Made by a program: the position numbers and the translations under genes | In this document: positions 45,708-50,565 of the stretch, piece after piece | Layout: every line of letters starts with the position of its first letter | How positions within the stretch are numbered: position 1 is the first letter of the stretch | IMG/VR virus record: IMGVR_UViG_3300018031_000008 | Location: 1 to 50,565 of that record | Strand: one strand, 5' to 3' | DNA from: a virus | Taxonomy: Duplodnaviria; Caudoviricetes | Length of the DNA stretch: 50,565 nucleotides | Notes under the pieces: generated by a model | What the model was told of the DNA's origin: nothing | Seen by the model: the letters and a program-made list of their open reading frames with translations, nothing else | Database searches by the model: none

Positions 45708-46022
45708 TCAGTACCCCGCTTTCCGAAGAATGTCAATGCCGTCACTACCACCATAATCAGCCGCTTTTCGAACTTCTTGGATGAGACTCAGGGGCAGAGA
45801 GAGTGCCCACCTCTCTACATCCCCGGTAAAACGAGTCTCTTGGGCCAAACTCACGTCATCCCCTCCTTCCAGCACAGCGACGGCCAACGGACACAACTCT
45901 ATGGGGGTAGAACTATCTTTGGCAACGAACCGGCATGTTGTTCCACCTATCCGCTGCCTCATGATAATTTTATACCGCCCCGACACCTTCGCTCCTTCAA
46001 TCAGATCACTGATCTTATCCAT
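45708..46022 (-). CDS. hypothetical protein, paralog of 44651-44977
   Basis: MDKISDLIEGAKVSGRY...LCPL...LSLPL...AADYGGSDGIDILRKAGY; GGAGG RBS. Confidence 0.75.
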   Translation of the reverse strand: MDKISDLIEGAKVSGRYKIIMRQRIGGTTCRFVAKDSSTPIELCPLAVAVLEGGDDVSLAQETRFTGDVERWALSLPLSLIQEVRKAADYGGSDGIDILRKAGY

Positions 46023-46347
46023 CTGTGTCCTCCGTGGTGTCCGATAGGAGATCCGCCGTCATGGCGTCTCCGTCGTCACATTCCTGGGAACCGCGTCTCG
46101 TCCCTCCCGCAGCGCCGACACTCCCAGAAAAATTCGGGGTCGTACCACGTCGCCGAGAGGATCTTTGCCTCATGGAGGGTTTTCCGCCGACATCCATAGC
46201 ACCACTTCCGTCGAGGCCGACGAGGGGCCAGAGTCACGGTCCCACCCCCGCAGATCCAGCCCCCAGGAAGACCACTCACAGAGACGAAAAGAGGCACACA
46301 CCCCATGTCAGGCAGACCTTCGATGCGAGGGAAAAGTGTTAGGGGTC

Positions 46348-46671
46348 TCAGGACCTTTTACCCTCTCCCACGCAATACACCTTCTTCGACGGATAGAGTG
46401 TACAGGGCGCAACCGTTGTCTTCTTCACGAAGAGCAAGAGCGTTGCCACATCCTCACTGTGTCCCTTATACGCTCCGCAGTGGACAATCGCCCGCAGGTT
46501 CCCACGCGATCCCTTCGTCCACTCTTGGAGAGTGCAGGACAGCGGAGAGACTGTGTTCGTAAAATATCTTTTCAGCTCCCACAGGCCCCCCTGAATCGCA
46601 AAGAGAGCCAGGGACCCCAGACACACCGCAACAAATGGTCCCAGAGGGAGAATATATTTTTTCATCAGCAT
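46348..46671 (-). CDS. membrane-anchored hypothetical protein
   Basis: N-terminal TM; AAGGAG RBS. Confidence 0.6.
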   Translation of the reverse strand: MLMKKYILPLGPFVAVCLGSLALFAIQGGLWELKRYFTNTVSPLSCTLQEWTKGSRGNLRAIVHCGAYKGHSEDVATLLLFVKKTTVAPCTLYPSKKVYCVGEGKRS

Positions 46672-46677
46672 CTCCTT

Positions 46678-47106
46678 CTACGTCCCAAAAGTAATGAGGG
46701 GACACACCCGTTTTTTTGCCGCACACAGGGCCTCCCACAAGACGCGAATAAAAGAGGGGGTCGTCAGAGGGGGGAGTGAAATGGGCGTCACATTTTTCTT
46801 CAAAAGTTTGAAAAGCCCCCAGAGAAGCACTCCTCCCCCCAGTTCTCCCAGGAGAATGATCCCATAGAGCGTGGCCCCAAAAAAGGCCATGGGAACAATT
46901 GTCACTAAGGCGAGAATCCACGCATACAGCGCTACATGGAGCAGCAGCACCAGTGGCGTGGAAAAAAGCAGCACTCGGACAAAGTAACAAAGGTTTGTGC
47001 CAGTCTTTGTGATTTCCCAGGCGCGATACGCTCCCGTAAACTCTTCGAGAATGCCCACAGACCAGAAAAACCAGCGCACGTACCATGTCCGTGTGTCGAG
47101 ATACAT
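46678..47106 (-). CDS. multi-TM membrane protein
   Basis: Three hydrophobic segments; GAGGAGG RBS. Confidence 0.7.
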   Translation of the reverse strand: MYLDTRTWYVRWFFWSVGILEEFTGAYRAWEITKTGTNLCYFVRVLLFSTPLVLLLHVALYAWILALVTIVPMAFFGATLYGIILLGELGGGVLLWGLFKLLKKNVTPISLPPLTTPSFIRVLWEALCAAKKRVCPLITFGT

Positions 47107-47173
47107 CTCTGTGCCTCCTCTCACATACAAAACTGGAGTACGCCCCCCACACCCAGGGCCGCGAGAACTGACC

Positions 47174-47371
47174 TCACTTCTTCCTCACGTGCATGGCCTT
47201 GGCACGTCCCGTGTCATCTACGCTAATGTCGAACTCGACGGCGTCCCCTTCCAGGAGGGGCGTGATCCCTTCCACGTTACTAATGTGGACAAACGCATCC
47301 ACCCCGCCGTCGTCCCGGGCGATAAATCCGAACCGCTTCGCCGTGTTAAACCATTTCACCTTTCCAGTCAT
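47174..47371 (-). CDS. cold-shock domain protein (CspA family)
   Basis: MTGKVKWFNTAKRFGFI...DAFVHISNV...LEGDAVEF; CAGGAG RBS. Confidence 0.92.
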   Translation of the reverse strand: MTGKVKWFNTAKRFGFIARDDGGVDAFVHISNVEGITPLLEGDAVEFDISVDDTGRAKAMHVRKK

Positions 47372-47459
47372 TGGTATCTCCTGTGTCGCCTGAAAATTGA
47401 ATTTCCGGTCACCCCTCTCCACAGAGTGTCTCCCTACAGGACAGGCCTCTTTCCCCGTG

Positions 47460-47666
47460 TCATTTCTGCACGAACACCTTTCCCGCATGCTCAAAGTCTG
47501 CGACGAGAGCGGCAAGGTCGGAGCAGTTCACGGACAAATAATCTGATCCTTTATTCGCGGCTTTCTTGGCGCGCTTCAGAAAACGCAACACTCGCGCGTA
47601 AATCTTTGGCGGCACCAAAATGGGCTGGCCACTGAGGGTGTCTATCTCTGATTTCTTTGGCCTCAT
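47460..47666 (-). CDS. small basic protein, possibly DNA-binding
   Basis: Lys/Arg-rich; AAGGA RBS. Confidence 0.5.
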   Translation of the reverse strand: MRPKKSEIDTLSGQPILVPPKIYARVLRFLKRAKKAANKGSDYLSVNCSDLAALVADFEHAGKVFVQK

Positions 47667-47896
47667 GTCTGTTCCTTTCCCGCGCAGAACGTAAAGGTTG
47701 TGGCTCCCTCTTGGCACTCGGTTTCAGGGGTCATCTCCCGTCTCCTCCTATCTGAGCGAGTGATGTATTACTTCTCCAAAAATGCTCACATTCTCCAAAA
47801 CCTGTCTCCCACATATACCAACGAATAAGACCATTGTATACAAGGCGGATAGCCTTTCCCACCGAACTGACTTCGCAGGCTTCTTGCCAGGTCATC

Positions 47897-48511
47897 TCAC
47901 GTCTCCCGTGCGTGTTCTAAGGCCTCTGCCACCGCCTGTTTGAGTACCTCCGAGTCTTGCGGAGTGAGCTTAGAAGACAAAATTTCGATAAGCGGCAAAA
48001 GACGTGTGCGTTCAGTGTAAACATCCGCACATATGCGTGCTTCGATCTGTTCTAGCATCACATGATGTTTGCGGTCCTCAGAGGGGGAAAGGGCAGCGGC
48101 ATACCCGCAAGAACAAGGTGAACGCGGATGTTTGGCCCCTGGAAGATCGCACTCAGGGCCAACATGCCAGTCCATGTTACGGGCGCAATCAATCTGATGA
48201 CCACCATATCGCTCCAACGCCTCTCGCAGCTGCGTCACCTCCACCTCGCGTGCGGCGAGGCGGGATTCAAGTGAGTTGATTTTCTCTGTTGCTGCTTTGG
48301 TTAGTTCTTCCAACAACGCCTCGTTTTCTCGTTGCATCTCGTCACGCTCTTCAGTCGCGTTGCACACATCGTCGTTAACCCTGGCCACTTCATCACGCAA
48401 TGCCTTGGCCCCAGCGAAGCACAAGTCTGGGAAGGGATTCTCCCTATCCTGATGCGTCGCACAGATAATCTCTTCGAAAATACACGGATCATGCTCAATC
48501 TCTAGAGGCAT
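47897..48511 (-). CDS. coiled-coil hypothetical protein
   Basis: AAGGAG RBS; heptad region; HQIDC...CSCG. Confidence 0.65.
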   Translation of the reverse strand: MPLEIEHDPCIFEEIICATHQDRENPFPDLCFAGAKALRDEVARVNDDVCNATEERDEMQRENEALLEELTKAATEKINSLESRLAAREVEVTQLREALERYGGHQIDCARNMDWHVGPECDLPGAKHPRSPCSCGYAAALSPSEDRKHHVMLEQIEARICADVYTERTRLLPLIEILSSKLTPQDSEVLKQAVAEALEHARET

Positions 48512-48530
48512 TGTGGGGCTCCTTTCATAA

Positions 48531-48830
48531 CTAACAATTCAGCAGCCAGTGTTGCCGATTTGGTGCATCAGGACAGGGTATACAATTCTTTTTATTGAAC
48601 TTACCCTTCCTTTTCTCCGGTACACTAATGACCCATTTGTCGGATGAGGTACCAGGCGGGTTTTGGTGTGTAACTTCTTTAGCAATACGCTCTGCCGACC
48701 AACTTTTTGGTGCACATACAACTTGATAGAGTAAGCCCCACCCACATGGGAATAAACGATCTTCTGACAAATCAACCTCAATCTCTGCTGGAGGCATCGC
48801 GGGACTCCTTCTTCCTCGCGCGAATATCAT
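48531..48830 (-). CDS. hypothetical protein
   Basis: QVVCAP...NPPGTSSDKW...CPDAPNRQHWLLNC. Confidence 0.6.
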   Translation of the reverse strand: MIFARGRRSPAMPPAEIEVDLSEDRLFPCGWGLLYQVVCAPKSWSAERIAKEVTHQNPPGTSSDKWVISVPEKRKGKFNKKNCIPCPDAPNRQHWLLNC

Positions 48831-49018
48831 GGAGCAGCCTCCTTCTCTCCCCACGATTGAGTGTAAATGGGGCACTGTCGGGCATGCTTAACCCACTTTT
48901 TCACCAACTCATACTCTGCGGTGCGAACTTTGAAGCCACACCGACACCGATAAAGAAAGTACTGACATCCCTGCGGGCACGAACACCGTTCCTTGTAGAC
49001 TGGATCATCCTGGCACAT
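48827..49018 (-). CDS. small Cys-rich protein
   Basis: CSCPQGC..YRCRCG..HARQC. Confidence 0.5.
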   Translation of the reverse strand: MCQDDPVYKERCSCPQGCQYFLYRCRCGFKVRTAEYELVKKWVKHARQCPIYTQSWGEKEAAP

Positions 49019-49769
49019 CGTCAGGAGCGTCTTCCCCCCGCGTGTCAAGAATGGGTAACACCTTGGCAATGTAGTCATCCATCATTTCCAAGAATTTTTC
49101 CATCTGATAGGGAGCCTCACTCTCCACGCCGTCCGCAAAGCGATCGGTTAAGTCCTTCAAAAAGGCTGTGTCAATCCCCATCAACTGTCGGCGCAAATCC
49201 CGGAAAGTCTCAATCTTGACGCTGTGAACCGCCAAGCCCATCTTGATAATTTCCACTCCTGTGATGGTGTACCCCCGCTTCACATACTTATGTGCCCGCA
49301 ATAGGGAGCAGATAGGGAAAAGGGTGCCTGAGTGAAACACAAGACGTCGTTGGGCGATATGCTTCAGAAAGTGCGGATGCAGCACAAAGGCCTCCTGGAG
49401 AAAATCATACGCTCCCATGCAAATGATGAAGTCGTATTTCGCAAAGATGGCCTCAGGTTCTCCCAACAAGTCCTCAGCCACAATAAGTTGAAAAGGGGCC
49501 CGCACGCTCTCCCACTTGATGGTGAGAGCGTTATCGGTAGAAGACACTACCTTCCCTTTTTCCAGAAAAGCTGCCCTGACCGCGTCACGGTCCCCTGCCG
49601 ACCGAAAGTACATGTCGTAGTCCCGAATCCGAGCATTCGTGAACAACGCGGTAATCGCGCCCCCCGCCACACACACATGATACTTCTGACAGATCCCCAC
49701 CGCCTCCTCCCCCATCCCGTGGAGGAGGAGGTACTTCTCCCGATCCGCATATTCTTTCACAAGGTCCAT
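49005..49769 (-). CDS. Pol-beta superfamily nucleotidyltransferase (tRNA-NT/poly(A) polymerase head-like)
   Basis: VAGGAITALF...IRDYDMYF (hGG...DxD), YDFIICMGAYD, RAHKYVKRGY. Confidence 0.75.
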   Translation of the reverse strand: MDLVKEYADREKYLLLHGMGEEAVGICQKYHVCVAGGAITALFTNARIRDYDMYFRSAGDRDAVRAAFLEKGKVVSSTDNALTIKWESVRAPFQLIVAEDLLGEPEAIFAKYDFIICMGAYDFLQEAFVLHPHFLKHIAQRRLVFHSGTLFPICSLLRAHKYVKRGYTITGVEIIKMGLAVHSVKIETFRDLRRQLMGIDTAFLKDLTDRFADGVESEAPYQMEKFLEMMDDYIAKVLPILDTRGEDAPDDVPG

Positions 49770-49786
49770 CGGTTATCTCCTTTTCC

Positions 49787-50194
49787 TCACTCCCCCGTCC
49801 CCCGAGCGCACAAATCTCGATATATACGCAACCAGATCACGCTGTCGTGTGACGCTCGCAATCTGTGACCCCGCGCATACGCATAGGCCGCCCGTGTGGC
49901 CTCATACTCCAAACAATTTTGGGTCGTCTTATCCAGCTGCGAAAACAGTCGAGTTTCCCCAAACCGTCCTGCTGCGTGTTGCAAGGCATGCACGATCTCA
50001 TGAGCGATAAATTCCTCCTGCGTATGGGGACTATGAAAAATTGTTTTCGTATACCAGGAATAACAGGCCAGTGTACCCACGCCACAAAAAGCATCCAGAG
50101 TCTGTGAAGAAATTGTTCGCATTTCTACACCCGTGGGCCACACTGTATAGTTAGTGAACGCCATTAGCCAGATAACCATTTCTCTTTTCATCAT
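49787..50194 (-). CDS. putative zincin metallopeptidase
   Basis: IAHEIVHALQH plus downstream EYEA. Confidence 0.7.
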   Translation of the reverse strand: MMKREMVIWLMAFTNYTVWPTGVEMRTISSQTLDAFCGVGTLACYSWYTKTIFHSPHTQEEFIAHEIVHALQHAAGRFGETRLFSQLDKTTQNCLEYEATRAAYAYARGHRLRASHDSVIWLRIYRDLCARGTGE

Positions 50195-50511
50195 AATCCA
50201 AACTCTGCAAACACCTCCCCCAAGCGATGGCACAACTGTGACAGCGAAATGCGAACAGGCCCTTCCCTGACCTGTTTCACAGCACTCTGCACAGAGGGGG
50301 AATGGCCTCGGCGGTGACCTTTCCCTCGCTTGAGTATATTGTACAGCGCAGAATAATACGCCATCATGTTTGCAGAAGGGGCCCCCGGAGCAGAATAGAT
50401 ATCTCGTGGCCGGAGGGACGACGCGTCATGCGTGCGAAGATAGTCTTCCACAAATTGTCGAACCGCACTCTTGTGGTGAGGAATACGTGTGGCTCCTTGA
50501 GGTGTAGACAT
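50191..50511 (-). CDS. basic hypothetical protein, possibly winged-HTH
   Basis: SAVRQFVEDYLRTH...LRPRDI...YYSALYNILK. Confidence 0.5.
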   Translation of the reverse strand: MSTPQGATRIPHHKSAVRQFVEDYLRTHDASSLRPRDIYSAPGAPSANMMAYYSALYNILKRGKGHRRGHSPSVQSAVKQVREGPVRISLSQLCHRLGEVFAEFGL

Positions 50512-50565
50512 CACAACCCGACCCTTTCCGGTACGTCCCTGACGCACCCATCCGCGGTGCTGCGG

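Noticed and set aside
1-50565. Stop-codon reassignment or transposable (Mu-type) lifestyle
   Set aside because: Core genes are intact in the standard code; no transposase or integrase in the window despite Mu-like head genes.

Overview
This window is part of a tailed dsDNA phage (siphovirus-like) genome. Every credible gene is on the minus strand. In transcription order, from the right end: small accessory genes (HExxH peptidase, Pol-beta-type nucleotidyltransferase, cold-shock protein, a paralog pair), terminase small and large subunits, a portal-MuF fusion, a Mu-type protease/scaffold with Cys-rich inserts, head decoration and major capsid. A ~13.7 kb glycosylation and methylation cassette follows the capsid gene. 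Next come head-tail joining genes, tail tube, chaperones, tape measure, a GTA-like tail tip (DUF2460, DUF2163, NlpC/P60, 1745-aa tip), a lysis module (amidase, holin- and spanin-like genes, suggesting a diderm host), and an early region with an SF2 helicase, a Mom-like GNAT and an SPFH protein. Four signals stand out: (1) a (GGT-NN)n pentamer array joined to a glycine-rich, RAMP-like C-terminal gene fragment at 5346-5478; (2) a tRNA-Gly-like cloverleaf inside the 5' coding region of the Mom-like gene; (3) the probable virion-glycosylation cassette; (4) a structured RNA with its own promoter between terL and portal. All family calls come from manual motif recognition, with no database searches.
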